A stretch of DNA of 63,531 bases, filler included, from Choristocarpus tenellus KU-1152 (GCA_964200185.2; 6 parts of 6 records of this genome joined end to end with filler, not necessarily neighbours in it), one strand, 5' to 3'; positions 33,795-47,960 are shown, counted from the whole stretch's first letter. Translations and numbers: made by a program. Notes: generated by a model from the sequence alone, not told the origin.

Positions 33795-36700
33795 TCAAGG
33801 AGGAGGGTAGTCAACCGGTGCTCCAGGTGACAGACAATCCCGCTTGACTTCTAAGAGTGCATTGGTCGCCACTGTGCTCTCAGGGTGGTTCCATAGGAGA
33901 TGCTTGCGGGCATTTATCAATGCCTCATACATTCGTCGCAACTTTACCTCCGGGTAAGTGTATATGAAATGTATGGCACCTGTGGGATCCTGGTTCCACA
34001 TCTTTGTTGTGATTTGAAGCCAATATGATAAAGTGGAAGAACATACAGTCGGCCACACAAAAAACAAACACCAAAGGGGTGAGATGGGGAGAGCAATTCT
34101 GATGACAACAGATATTTTTTTTCTTCTTTCCCAAGTTGATGAAACTGGTCAACATCACAGCACTGTATGATCAACACATTCCCTTACAAATGTCGCAATT
34201 CACTTTCTCTAACATTTCCTCGTTGTACTACCAAAACGTAAGCACTGCAATTCCATCTCCTTGGATTAATTCTCCTAATCTAACTACATGACATTGACCA
34301 GGGGTAGTTATCGCAAGTCAAAGTATCTTGGCCAAAATAGAGAGGTGTCCGTCTGGGGGCCAAAACCCAACGTTGCGATTTTGATGCAATTATGGCTATC
34401 GTGCTAGGTAGGAAGTGTGAGTAACACATACATTTTAAGCGGTCTTGAATATGGAAGGGACTTGAAAGTTGGTTGCAACTCCACATTGTGTAATTTATGA
34501 CCGCAACTTCTAACTAACAACAGCATTGCCTGCAGCACACCTAACCTACCTCGGAGGGCACTGAGATGGTGAATGTGTCGTAGTTGAGGATTTCATTGAA
34601 TGGTGCAGCAACCAGGCGAAAGCCATTATCAATTATAAGTGGCATGCATCCCGCTGCCATAGAATCAACAAACCTGCAGGAATGGGGTAGGTGGTGGAAG
34701 TACGGGAGTGCCCATTGGTACAGCAATGAAATAGAGAATACTCCTCAGCATGCCACATAAGCATCAAATTGCAATCTTCTAATGACAACCTTTATGGTTA
34801 GCGTAATGTGTCTAGTCACAGTATATCATTCCACTTTTTACGAAGACAAACGACAAAATATGTTTTATCAGAAGCAGAGAGAATATAACCGAGGTCAAAT
34901 CTAAATAACATACCTGCTGGTCTGCGGATCATCACAGTTCATGACAAGGCAGAAACGCGAATTGTGGATCTCCCTGGAATAGTTCTGGGCATGGTATCAT
35001 TGGAAATATTTTGGAAAGAGATGGGATAGACATGGTGGGAGCCAGACAAATGTTAGGACCAAGCAATGTAAGACAGGAAAAAACTTTAAATCTGGATGGT
35101 GTGCAAGATGTGTGATATTTTGTCAAGCAGTAAAGAACAACGCTTATAGAACAAGAATGCAAACGAAATTTGTCTGTGTTGTATGTCAGTGATCTTCCAT
35201 GAAGTCATCAGTTGCTGCTATGATTGCCAGCAGTGCCAAGGCCCAATTCTAAAAATAAAAATTTACACACCATCAACAATTGAACAAAAGAACCAAAACC
35301 ACAAAAAATCGAAAGGGAAAAAATAGAATAAAATTGATTCAGTCCTCTCATTGATCGACTACATCTGAATTTTATCAAGCTAACTGAACTTCCCAAAGCC
35401 ATTCGGACTTACTCTTTCACATCTACCGGGAAAAGCACAGCCATCTCCACACCCTTCCATAGCCTTAGACTTAAAAATTGGGCAAACTACCCAAACCTCA
35501 GCCCCAAGACAGTCACTTCTGTCATTTTTTTCACCATTGGATCTCCCTTGGCATGACGCTTGTGAACACTGATGTTTGGCACTGCATTCCACAGCTCCTC
35601 GGTCTTGTCTCTTGACACCTGGGCACCATCAGCCTTACTGCAACCAAATTTGTCAAACTTGCCTCTGAAGAAAACAAGTGTATCCCTTGCTTGCCATTCC
35701 TCAAAAGAGAGGTCTTCCTTGTAGACATATGGTCCTACTACAACCGGGGTGGTAACAGAGCAGCGAAAGTGTGTCTTGGTTCGCCACCATGGCTGACGCC
35801 AATAGTCAGGTTCATCAAGTGGCCTCCCTCCCCCTTTCCAGTACGACACATCCTGGGAGTTCATATGCCAATCGATATAGTGTGAAACTGTCATGTTGCG
35901 CATGGTGTCCCTCAAGGAGTACGGAAAAGCAGGGATTCGCTGCTTCTCGGGGTATTCCTCATCAATAAGGTACCAACCGACCTGTACACAGCATGATTGC
36001 AACGAAGGGGGGTGCATCTTGGTTGATTGACATGTGTACCAGTGTGCACACATATGTGACAGTCTGGATCTCAGAAAATGATCAATCAAGTCCTTCACCA
36101 CCCGAAGAAAACCTTTCGCTTAATTAGCAAATAAACGATTTTGCTCTGACCATTGCAAGGTACTGGTTCTGAAGGAACAACTATTCGCCTATTTTTGACA
36201 AGCAAAATACTTCTCACATCACACTTGAAAGTAAAACCCTTTGAATTCATTGTCACATAAAGTACAGCACTAACGTAATATGGTATTGTTTTGAGTAAAC
36301 AGGTTGGAGAATTGTCAGCACACTGTCCGTTGGGATGATGTACCTACACATGGGTTCATCACCCACCTGAGTCTGGAAACACACATTGTCAACCCTAACT
36401 TTAAGATTAACATATGAGGATATTTCCAGTGAAGTAATAATACCATGTTGAAGCAACAACTTCATGATCCAGAATAATCGAACACAATGTGACCATGGTA
36501 ACCACTGATTGACCAACACAGTTCGTACTTAAGATATTGAAGACAGTATTGAACATTCAACAAGAAGGTGCGAATTAATATTGTGACAGAGAGAATGCTT
36601 TTATATAGGCGTCAGCAAGTATCCCTCAAGATAGATTATAGAGTGAACAAAGTATCCACTCCTCTGCACAATATTATCTGCTCCTTAGAGACATACTATA

Positions 36701-38028
36701 TGAATGTGAGTTTTGGAGGTGGCACTGAGAAGGTGGACTACTATACATTGATGGGTTGCCTTAGGACAAAGCTTAAACTACCTGTTATCAAAGCCATGTA
36801 TGCCCAGCAACAAGACGAGCAATGAAAAAAACTGACACAAACAGTTTGCGAACGAAGCTTATGTTGTGGGACTAACAGTTCAGATGCTCTGCTTGTACCA
36901 GAATATAGAGACCAGAGAGAGAGAATCACACTCGTGATAAAAAAGGAGCAAAACAATCATCAACTCTGCAGTAAGAAAGACATTCTTAACAAAATAACAA
37001 GGACCAGATCTGGAAGGAAAGGACTGCCAAGGATAGGCACAGGAATAAGGCAGATCACAAAGAGGGGATAAGATTTGTAATATTGAACATGTAAAAACGT
37101 TGGCATCAGTAACGGCATGAAAGGGCTGACTAAAAGAACAGGAATGGTAGTAATAGATCCTACAGAACAAACCTGTCAGCATCTCAGGTATCTCCAGATC
37201 AGTAACATAGACCGATACCAAGTGTCAACATATCGACATTTGATGTTTGCTCACAGTTCTAACAAACGCAAAACAACACCTGATGCTACCCTCACCGGCC
37301 ACATGTGATCTCGTCCATACTTGCGCCGATACCATGGGCTTGATCGCAGCACGTGGACTGCCTCCTCAACACGGTCCTGGTGCGTCTCCTCGCCACAGAT
37401 CCCAGCATTGTTTGACTGCTCAAGATCGAAAAGGACCACAAACACCTCCGCGCCTTCAGGGGACGTTGTCCTCCACGGATGATTGAGCAACGCATTATAC
37501 CAACTGAAAGTGATATCCTGTCGGCAGGGACGTGTGAAGGCTAGTGGAGTAAGAAAGTGGTACTGATTGTGGCAACTGCTTGTTGAATATTAAGTGCTTG
37601 AGTTCAGTATCTTGTCAGATCTGGGGTCACTTGATCAATTGCATTAGGGATATTTGACCAATTCGAAAGGAATGAGATATCAACAAATGAATATATTGGG
37701 ACTCATCCTGAGCCTTCCTTCCACCTCGCGAATATATGCTTTCCTTGGTAGTATAATCCTTGCGTACGAAGAATAGAGCTGAAAATTATCGACTCACCCA
37801 GTAGCCAACGTTGATTGAGGTACCCGTCCACATCTCACAAGTTTGCAGCTCCTCCACTGACCGGACCATGGTTAGGGGCTGGATTTGTGGGTAAGTTTCC
37901 TTATCGTAGATAAAAAAAGGTACGACCCCTTCTTGGTCGTTCGCAATGGTTAGGGTGTCCACATTTTGTCCTCCTACGGTCCATATTCCTGACCAAAAGA
38001 GTAGAAGGAGGGCAAGACCTGGCGGCAT
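33795..38028 (-). CDS. Exostosin-like glycosyltransferase (GT47), 6 exons, apparently complete
   Basis: Exons: 38028-37798 (signal peptide, PFFIYD), 37517-37296 (HPWRTTSPEGAEVF..PWYRRKYGRDH), 35981-35535 or 35517 (RDTLVFFRG), 34984-34914 (NSRFCLVMNCDDPQTSR), 34673-34550 (FVDSMAAGCMPLII..PFNEILNY), 34001-33795 (stop). All phases are consistent and the GT47 motifs are present. Confidence 0.9.
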
Positions 38029-40024
38029 GATACTTATTTGCTTCGATGCCCTCCTTTCTCACACAAGGTCGATTGAGCTCCAAGATTTAAGATATGATAT
38101 CGATGCAATAACAAGGCACGGGAGAAGGGATCAATTCATCATAAAGGGAAGTGGGTAATAATAAGCTATTAAGTACTTCGAGGTGAGCGAAAAAGTGCAC
38201 CAACCAAATCTAATGCTCTCGGTCATACGTTTGGGCCCACGGCAATTGAAACTTGGCGAGGAACAGCTTCCTGTCTCAGTAACCGAAGGTTCGTTTTCCT
38301 ACCCCTACCATCGTTTTCCAACCCTCACCATCACTATTCAGTCAGCTTTGTTCGGATGTACGGAAGGTGAGGTTCACCCAGTGACCTTTTGTTAAGAAAC
38401 CACTTTAATGTGAGTTGTGTAGAAACCAACGGTAAGCACCAGAGACTATTACATTCTTGCGACGACAATTATCCCTTACGAGTGTCACACAATTGATGCC
38501 CTCTTTCGCTTTCTCCTAGGTCCATGATTAACGGATGGATGGATAAAGGGTGTCACATTTCGGGATTTTAAGTGATTGAGAGTCCAAAAATAAGTTGATA
38601 GTTCATCTCGACAACATATCTTCTAATGTTTTGTAGCTAATCTTCAAGATATCACTTGGGGTAGGGAAGTCTGTTAGATATTCTTACCAATCTATTGTCC
38701 TCTTCACACCTAATCAGCATTCACGTTCGTGTATGTACTTGGTGTGAAATAGTCTGTTACACAATCCTAAAATATAGCCCTGGCTCTATTTTGACCAGGA
38801 CAGCTTCCCCATGTATAGAGGTTCTTTGTCGTTCCGTCTGTACTCCAACCTTCTTCTCGAAAAATCGTTAAGTGAACAATGGTGAGGACTACTGTACTGT
38901 AGTGCTGTTGTTGTGTTGGACCTTCCACACTACAGTAGAGTGGAAATCCCTTCGTCCAACTAACGTTGACATCTACTTTTTGCTGGATTAGTGATTTCTA
39001 TTCAAGAGGTGTTACGACCTTCTTCTTCTTCCTCCGTACTCTTACTCCCAGTTGTTTGTCTCTTTAACAGACTGCACTCTCATATTATACTTTGAAGAAT
39101 CTTTTGTATAGTATATACTGTATCAGCATATCTTTTGGAGTAAATGTGAAAGGTTCGTTTGGATTTGAAATAGTTGTATCACACGTATCTAAAATAAGAA
39201 AGTTGAGATAAGAACAGTATTAAGATGAATCTTTAAACGGTCGAGATTCAAGATGTGGTTCCATTTAGAATAATATTATTGTGATGTATGACGATAAGGC
39301 ATACATTTCTTATGGATGAATGAATAATGACTATCAATAGATCTAGGTGAGATAGTGATGGATTAGAGATCGATGCTTGTGTATTTGTTTATATATTATG
39401 ATTTTTAATAGTAGTAGTTTTACTGTCAATATGTATAGTTTTCATTGGTTTCTCCCCTCACAATAGCTTCGCGGTCTGTGACAATCTTTCTTGCTTTTTT
39501 TCACTGTTGGGACAGGAGACGTATGCAACAATATATATAATTAACTCATATGCCAAGAAGAGGGGTTGAAGATTTGAATGCAGGAATGTATTAACTCTAG
39601 TGAATGGGAAGTATATCCCGATCAAAGAATGGCAAACACGCAAAGGAGTAACTCCGACGCAATTTTGATGGTCACAACCTCAAAAGGTACAAAATTGAAG
39701 TGGTTGGCTGAATCCCCCCCAAAAACTGGTCCGGTATAGTCCCTGCCAAAACTACCGTACGATTGGCCCTACCGAAAAAAAAGAAGCAAGATTCTCGGAC
39801 ATCTTTTCAACTCCTTTTTGTACACTTTCTGTGAACACACACAGGTGACCCACACAGCAATATGGAACACGATGGTGAGACAAGGAGAGCCGCCGAGCCC
39901 ACTCTGCCCCCTGGATCTACCCCCGGCAGCTTCTCTGTCGAGAGGCGACAGAAAAGGAAGTATCTTGTGAGACTTCAGTGCGATGTTAGGTGACGAGAAA
40001 GTGCGTGTAATGTAGCGCAGCAGC

Positions 40025-40690
40025 ATGATCAAGTCGCGAAATGGACCACTACCAGACAAACGTGGTTGGATCTTCAACCACATCGGAGCACTGCTCTGCA
40101 GTCTCTGCTGCCTCAGGAAAGCAGGAAGAGAGCGGCGAGTCCATCACCAGGTGTGGTATGTTGACGAAATCTGTGGGAAAGCCTGGTCACAGCGGGCGAA
40201 GGGAGAACCAGAGTGACCGACCGAAGGAAAGGTTGGGGAGGAGAGCAGTGCGACTGCGTGCCATTGCGTTCAGGAAACGCCTAAGCGAAAACCCGGGTGT
40301 ACAATATCTTAGTCGTCGACAGTTGCAGCAGACCATGGCTGTTTGGAAGCTATGTGAGCCAGAGTGACTTAGGAAACGAGAAAGTGTTAGGGTTGGGCTA
40401 CAAGGGCTCTGAATCCCGAATGAAGGTAACCCATTTCCGGCGCTCAACGAGGAAATGTGATAATAAAGGCTCCAACACTGCGAATCCTGTACCTGGGTAT
40501 GAACGATGGGAAAGACTATCAAACGGCGCTCAAGATGGCAGCATGATATGCGATGGTCAAGTCGGAAACTGTGAGCAAATGGGAGAGAGACTTCCTAACT
40601 AAGGACTACATCAAGGTGTCGGAGCAAGGGCGCAACGAGAGGCGTTTCGTTCGGGGCCTCGACGAGGACATCCTTGCCGAGGTCAAAGAG
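40025..40690 (+). pseudogene. GC-rich coding-like segment, possibly a decayed DNA-transposase N-terminus or isolated exons
   Basis: MVKSETVSKWERDFLTKDYIKVSEQGRNERRFVRGLDEDILAEVKE ends at GA|GTGAGT. It resembles the HTH-to-linker segment of some IS630/Tc1-like transposases. No continuation was found. Confidence 0.3.
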
Positions 40691-41654
40691 TGAGTGCTCG
40701 AACACACAGAAAGAAAGGGTGGGGAGACTTTTTTCCCGGCTAAACCCCATACTTCAATCAAGTAATAGTTTATCTGTTGCCGCTCTTGGTGACCTACAAT
40801 CTTCGGTTCGAACTCCAATATGAACGGTCTTTCTTCAAAAAAAGAAAAAAAAATGCGAAAAGAAAAACGAAGCCGGTACTCTGGAGGGCGTTGTAACGGG
40901 CATCACGACTATGCTTTTGTTTTTAAATCCCATATCTACATCAAAAGTCATGACGGGACTATGCAAAAGAGAGCTACTCTGATAGAGTATTTTGCTCTAT
41001 GTGGTATGGATTTGTTTATTAGCGGAGTGAGCACTATCCTCAAGGTGAGGGGTGGTGCTCCCCCTTGTTATCTCATTCATTCGTCATTATACACGTCAGA
41101 AATATGTTTAAACATGTTTGTGACAATTACACTACGTCAGTCACTTACAAGTTCAAGTTAAATTACTTCATTCACTTTTGATAGTATAAACCATATAGAA
41201 TACTAGTCTATATTGTACAGGGACAACCCCAGGCGCATAAACTATTTGTATCACTATTAAATATAGCAGTTTCTAGTAGATATCCTCAAAAATATTTCCT
41301 ATTTGAAAAATGTCATTACAACAATATCGATTCAAGGTTGGTAACTACATTATTTGTGGACCGATATACTCCCAACTTAGGTTAGGATATGAAGGTAGGG
41401 AAGCATCGCAAGCGCCTGACAAGCCTCTTTTTACCCATCTGTTTGGTGTCTCCAGGTTGAAATGCATGACGCTTCTCGAAAATGTCAATTGTGCAGTGAC
41501 ACCATCTACCTTTCCTATTCTATCCTCCCTTTCCCTCTCCCCCTTACAGCCTGAGTCACTAAATCATTCAAAAACTTTCTCCTTGGTTTTATATTACAAA
41601 GTGGAATGACACATCTGCAAATGTCACAGGGCATAATCATATGTAGGTTATATT

Positions 41655-42105
41655 AGATGAGTTGGCTACACGTGCGGTAGGGAGAGATTGATGGGAGGTT
41701 ATAGCCGGAAAGGGACTGTCAACTCCCACTTACGACAGATAGGTTCAGACGAAGTATCTTAGAGGGTAGAGCCATGTCCATTTTGGGGCCAAAATCCAAT
41801 GTTGCAATTTGATGTAATTTTGGCTATCATGTTTGCTAGGAGATGTCAATATCCTTGTTCCGGACACTCCTTTTCATAACATATACATTTAACCTACTCC
41901 AAACTTTTGGAGTAGGTTAAATGTCGTTTTAAACCCGTGGGAAGCCAAGCCCCAAATGGACAAACAGGGCAAAACTCGCACCCTCTAAAATACTTTCACT
42001 CGGTTCCGTCACTGCGCAGGTGACTCTCTCGAGACGCGACATGCATTTCAAGCTGAAGGCACCAGACAGATGTGCAACGAGGGGCCGGTCAGATTCTTGG
42101 CATGT
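41655..42105 (+). mobile_element. 3' remnant of a non-LTR retrotransposon (restriction-like endonuclease end), split by a MITE
   Basis: DELATRAVG...RKGTVNSHLRQIG|(MITE)|SVTAQVTLSRRDMHFKL resembles the C-terminus of RLE-type LINE ORFs. It is similar at DNA level to about 61000-61150 on the minus strand. Confidence 0.6.
41746..42001 (+). mobile_element. About 255-bp MITE (GAG...CTC termini, 4-bp TSD GGTT) inserted in a LINE fragment
   Basis: TIR core AAGTATCTTAGAGGG / CCCTCTAAAATACTTTCACTC. GGTT occurs at 41742-41745 and 42002-42005. The left terminus is mutated. Confidence 0.85.
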
Positions 42106-42559
42106 TTCGCTAGGTCCTCGTCCAGTTGTATAGGACTAAGCTGGGTTGAAGGCACACCAGGAATGTACAGATAACATCGCAATTTTAAAGCTTGAAGGGA
42201 GTAGGGAGTGTTTACAGTAGAGGCACTATTCAAATAGTAAATAGATTTTGGAGAGGTATCTTTCACATTTATGACAGCTTAATGGTAATCTCCAGTTCTT
42301 TACTGTCCTTATAACTGTGAACTACTTACACAGAATCCCACAGTTTACACTAGCAACACTAGTCAGCTTAGGTATACGGTGAAGGGCACAACTTCAAACA
42401 ACTTCAACTTCAACTTCCATGCCAGCATATACCTAATATCAAAACCGGACGACGCCGTCCATAGCAAGTACTGTTAACAGAAACTGATTAAGCATATGCT
42501 GATTATTGTAAGACTGGTGACAATGCAGACATTCAAACCTTGGGTTCACCAACCACCAA

Positions 42560-42818
42560 GAATGAAAGTATCTTAGAGGGTACGAGTTTTGCCCTTTCTG
42601 TCCATTTGGGGCTTGGCTTCCCATGTTTTTTTTTAATGACATTTTCCTACTCTAATATATTTCGGAGTAGGTAAGATGTATATGCTATGAAAAGGTGTGT
42701 TCGGAACAAGGATATTGACACTTCCTAACAAACACGATAACAAAAATTACATCAATATTGCAACATTGGTTTTTGGCCCCCAATGGACGCGGCCCTACCA
42801 TCTAAGATACTTTCGCTC
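42560..42818 (-). mobile_element. MITE of the same family, opposite orientation
   Basis: GAATGAAAGTATCTTAGAGGG ... TCTAAGATACTTTCGCTC. The internal sequence is colinear with 41746-42001. Confidence 0.85.
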
Positions 42819-43850
42819 CAACTTACAGGCAAAGCCTAGTTGGTCAAGCTCGTAATCTAGTACTCCTCATCTGTTACAGGGTGGAAGTCTCAGTAGGACC
42901 TCCATGTTACAGGCGCCCTCGGAAGCTTACCTCCACAGGATGTATAGCTCCAATCTACGGGCCTATAGATTATACTGATGTATGTATAGGACTCCTGATG
43001 CACAAGTCGTCAAGTATGCTGGATCTCTCACTTGNNNNNNNNNNNNNNNNNNNNNNNNNNNNNNNNNNNNNNNNNNNNTTAATTAATTAANNNNNNNNNN
43101 NNNNNNNNNNNNNNNNNNNNNNNNNNNNNNNNNNGAAGGAGAAGGGAGGAAAGTAGAGGCAGAAGAAAAGAAGAGCAGATATTAAAATGATAGGGGGGGG
43201 GGTGTTCTCTTATTGGGGAAAAATGGCGTTACTTCTTCTGCCAGCATGTTGTTCGATCACTTCAAGAACGGCAAAACTAGACAATCCACTATTCCATTTG
43301 AAAAATGCCCCACCAATTCTTCTCAACGAAATGATCATAACCCTATTTTTTCATCTCTGCACACTACTAATATCGAAAGACAATGGACTATTAAAAACAA
43401 AGTATGGCGAACAGAGAGCAAGGGGGTTTCTAATCTCTTTGCAAGTGCCTGCACATAGTTCACAGAAGCTAACCCATCAGTATCGAAAATATGACAACAT
43501 AATTGAGTGAATGTGGATCCATTGACATAGGTCTGTATAGGATTGGAAGTGCTGAGCATTCTTTGTTGGAACAATGTCTCCTTGTTTGGCTAATAGTTGC
43601 TATCCTGCTGATTTCTACCCGTGAAAATAAACCTAGCCTTAATAGAAGTGTGAAATGGGGTCAAGAATAACTCTAGGCTGTACATTCAACTAGTAGTTGT
43701 GAGATAAGTGATGTGTTCCTGGGATAGTTCCCCAGAAGGCAGGCACCCTGAAACAGGAGATTTGAGACATTCCTCTTCAAAATCGTGATCCTGCTACTCC
43801 CCCTTTTCGACTGCTCTGCACTTCTCTAGACGTCATGTGGTTGGTCTCAC

Positions 43851-46676
43851 CGCTTCTGTCCCTGGTCCAACAACCTTCAAAAGGGTGGCCAGAAGCGGCT
43901 CGTAACCTGAAAAAATGGTCGGTTTGGTTAAATGCTATGCATAATTTTTACTCCTCAAAGTCATTTCAAGTCTGTATCTATTCATATCAAAACAAAGATA
44001 TATGACAAAAGTCTTCTATTGAAGAATATCGTCATATATAATACATGAGCGACTTAGAGGTGAAATGAACCAGGCGGTGGTAGCACCTCTTGTTGCAGTC
44101 GAATCAGACAAATAATACAGAAAAAATACTGTAAATAATAACATAAAAATGTAAGTATGATCGTTTGCATTGTTTTATGCCTTCACGTGGCACAAGTGGA
44201 TTAGAAATGACTGGGAGAGAGGATATGTATTCTAAGCAAAATAATAATAATATACAAGACAGAAACAGGACAATATAGCACCATAACACATACAGATTAT
44301 ACCCACACATCAACGTAGACTCTGGGGGAAGTCTGTAACTGATCGTAGAAAAAATTGTACTGTACAAAAAAAACTGTTAAACAACGAAGAGATAATTCAA
44401 ACCAAAAATATATATATATAATATCATACTAAGGATCAGTTCCAACAGTACAGCCACAGTCTTACTACTATACCATAGAAGAAAATATGTATGCAGCGGA
44501 CCCTGCACAGATGCCAACCCATCACTACAGCATAGCTAGAATATGAAACACAGGGTACCGAATACACGTTCAGCTAGATCAAACAAAACCCTAACCCTAA
44601 CCATTGTGCAGTATTACCAACAGCCCTAACCCTAAGGGAGAAATACCTTCAGGTTCGTAGACCACATCACTCATAACTATCACCTCTGCATCAAATGCAT
44701 CCACCTCATTGCAATCCTCCCCCCACGCCAAAGGCAGCGCTTGCACCCTGGACATCGCTCCCCCTACCCCTTCATCACTATTTGACTTCACTGTAGCCTG
44801 ATGAGTAGAGCTGTCATTCTCATACACATCAGGCTTCTCATCAGTGCCAACGCCACCGCTGCCACTACAAGAACCCCCAGTTGTTTCATTGATGCCTTGT
44901 CTCAATGCATAGTGATAGGCACTGCTGACACAGTGGTTAGATGGTTCAGCAGGACAAATCGACCAGCCTCCTTGTGCTATTAGAGAGTTGAGTGAGATGT
45001 TGATGTTGATGAGTCGTGTTACATCCTGTTAAGGTTAGGGTTGAGGTGTGCTATTATATCTGTGATCTGTCTAGGGGTTAGAAATATGTTTGGGGTTATG
45101 TGCCTTGCACTTGCTACTACTAAGTACTGATAGTAAAATGTAGCATGAGGTTGTTTTAATCACTACTCTGGCTTGGTACTAAATTTCATTGGTCTAACCC
45201 TAACCCCTAAAATTACTCAATATGCTGACTAAGGAGCAACTTTTGATGAACTAAAACTTTTCCCTCCTAAGGAGAAAAAACCAAGATAATATCCCTTTGT
45301 TGAGATTTGTAATATATTAACAGTAGCATATCCAAGATTGGGTTAGGGTTAGGGTTGAGATCAACCCTAACCATACTCCAGAAGGTTTCCAAGAGGGAGG
45401 TTCAAGATTTGTAGGGCAGTTCAAAGGAAAACATTTCTGACCAATGAACAGGCAGGATTTTGTTCCTAGTTACACTTTTTCTGACCCGAAAGGAGGTGTG
45501 AACCACTTGGGACATGCTGAACACTGACATATCAGCACTATTCGTAAGTCCCCTTTGAACAATCAGAAATTGTAATGCCTGAAACAATGCTGGCCTTGCA
45601 ATTGGATCCTTAGCTCCTCTCTAAACTACTATCTGTTGGTGTTTAGGGTAAGGGTTAGGGTTAGGCTCATTACCTTAACCCTACATACTTCTCTTGTGTC
45701 AATTGTATGTATTGTTTCAGTGAAGTAAATATAAATATGTGTGACGATTAAAAGAAAGTTCAACTAAGCTTAAAACAATCCCCACTCACACACAGTTGGA
45801 CTTTTCTATCATAACCCTAACCCTTACCCTAGTGGCGGGTGGTGTCTAAGAGCATAGCTGTCATTTCCTGTACATGTCCCTCTTCACAACCACAATACTG
45901 TAGAAAATAAAATAAAAACTGGACAGGAAGTCAATGAGATGGTAGAGGTATTCGAATCCACATAAGGTGTCTTCCCCACTCCAGCAAAGACCCTAACCCT
46001 AATTGCACTTGGGTTAGGGTTAGGGTTAGACAGTACGGGGCTGTGCATCACTTTTGATTTTTTTTCACCAGAAAGTGAGAGAATACAGGAACAGCCTGCA
46101 ATAGGCACTCAACTCTTGAGAGCAATCATAATAGGCACAGCTACGGAGAATTGGAGCAGCAAAATATCTCACAATTTAATTTATCCTTGATATATGCACA
46201 AAATGCAATATAAAAATAACAGTAATTTTTTTTTTTCTACATATACTAGGTCTGAGATGCTTTATAAAACTAGCAATAACACTAACCTTAACCCTAACCA
46301 TAAAAAGGAAATAAAAAAAATATATATTACAGAGCATGAAAGAGTGATTCGATCACAACTTGTCAAGGCCGACAGAAAATTACCCATTTCACTTCAGGTT
46401 CACCTCCTTCCCTCCTACTACCCTCAAGAGCTCTAAAGCTCTAACCCCAACATTAGACATAAAAATATAAATACTTGGGGATAGTGATAGGGTTAGAAAA
46501 ATAGATGCATATATATCTTATTGGTATCTATTGAAGGACTTGCCTCAAAGTCAGTGGCAAGGACACTGGAAGCCCCCAACAGAGAGCAGCACAGTGACAC
46601 CAGGCCTGTACCGGCACCCAGTTCAAGTACTCGCACCCCCTTGAGTGGCAGTACTCCCTTCCCCTCCTCCATACCC
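43851..46676 (-). CDS. Class I SAM-dependent protein lysine methyltransferase (METTL21/Methyltransf_16 family), partial
   Basis: Exons: (gap)46676-46544 (GVRVLELGAGTGLVSL..GASSVLATDFE, GC donor), 45025-44647 (..LAWGE..IVMSDVVYEPE), 43906-43851 (GYEPLLATL). Motif I, the WG motif and the DVVY motif are typical of family 16 methyltransferases. Confidence 0.85.
44587..46497. repeat. Second cluster of short interstitial telomeric repeats, in the methyltransferase introns
   Basis: About 13 tracts, e.g. 44587-44602, 44623-44635, 45031-45042, 45340-45356, 45643-45683, 45990-46029, 46281-46299. Confidence 0.9.
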
Positions 46677-47960
46677 NNNNNNNNNNNNNNNNNNNNNNNN
46701 NNNNNNNNNNNNNNNNNNNNTTAATTAATTAANNNNNNNNNNNNNNNNNNNNNNNNNNNNNNNNNNNNNNNNNNNNATGAAAAAATTGACCCCAAATGGA
46801 TAGCCACCACCCCCTCTCAGATACTTTGAGCCTTTTCTTGTTACTAAGGACACGTAATATCACCTCAGGAAGAGTGTATTGCAAATCAGAGCGTTCACAC
46901 AATGACGAATACTTGACTTGATCCATGCACTGCAAGTGGTGGAGACTCCACCAAGGGATAATTGACTAAAACTCGAAGGGGCTAAATAGGCCCCCCTAGA
47001 ACAACGCAGCAGATGGACTGTGCCATTCATGTTCATTCATACATTGTGTTCTGGCACATGCTGTTCACGTTTCTAAAGTATGACAATGGTTTAACGAAAA
47101 CACAATCAAAAACTATATTTTTGCCGTTGCCCTGACATTTTACATACGTTCATATTCTCTACCAGTGCTGTGAATAACTGCGAGAATTTAACTGGCTCAT
47201 TTCAATAAATTTAGAATTATTTTTTGGATCATGTAACTAAAAAAACTTGGACGTTCAATTTTTTTTTTCAGTGGTAGGGGGCACACATTAGTCACACAAC
47301 CAAGGGCCCTGCTCACGACTCACTACGTATGTCTATGGCTACGAATCTGCCAACACCTACCTGCAGAGGCACTGGGTTTGGAGACTTCGAGGATCCATGT
47401 GTCAGGCTTACCCTCACACATGTGGGAGTTATGGTGATGAAGGCCTCACCTTTCTGCGTGACATTTGGATGAAGGTGGATACATGAGAGGATACCAAGAA
47501 TGCCAAAGAAGCTGCCACCTGAAGACTGGGGAAGTTCAGCCATGGCAGCATCTGGTATTTTTTTCTACACGATTAGGATTCATGTTATCTTACTTTAGAA
47601 GTACAATATAAATAATATTTTTAATGGTAGTAATCTAGAACCACATTTGTTGTTCCGTCATTATTTTCGTATCATTTTGTTATTCACATGTTGATTTTTC
47701 TATTACTGTGAAGTTGTGAGCAATACAGATCTTCATTGGTTGCGATTGTTCTCTATGTTGTCTTGTATGTATGCATATAACTTCTTTCTGTTGGTGAATC
47801 TCAAGTATTTCTGTGACACACGAAAAAATACACTTCTATAATAATCGAATTGTAATGAAATAATGAAATATCCACCTTCTTCACAATCAACCCCTCCCCC
47901 ATATTTTCAACCTAATTTGATATCAGCAATATTTCCCACAATTCACAATACCAACACATA

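Noticed and set aside
36880-37221. ORF inside the GT47 gene as an extra exon
   Set aside because: Exons 37296 and 35981 join directly in phase (RDHMWP|VGWY), and this ORF has no GT47 motif.
42048-42266. Minus-strand ORF as the last exon of the methyltransferase
   Set aside because: It lies beyond a contig gap and overlaps the plus-strand LINE remnant.
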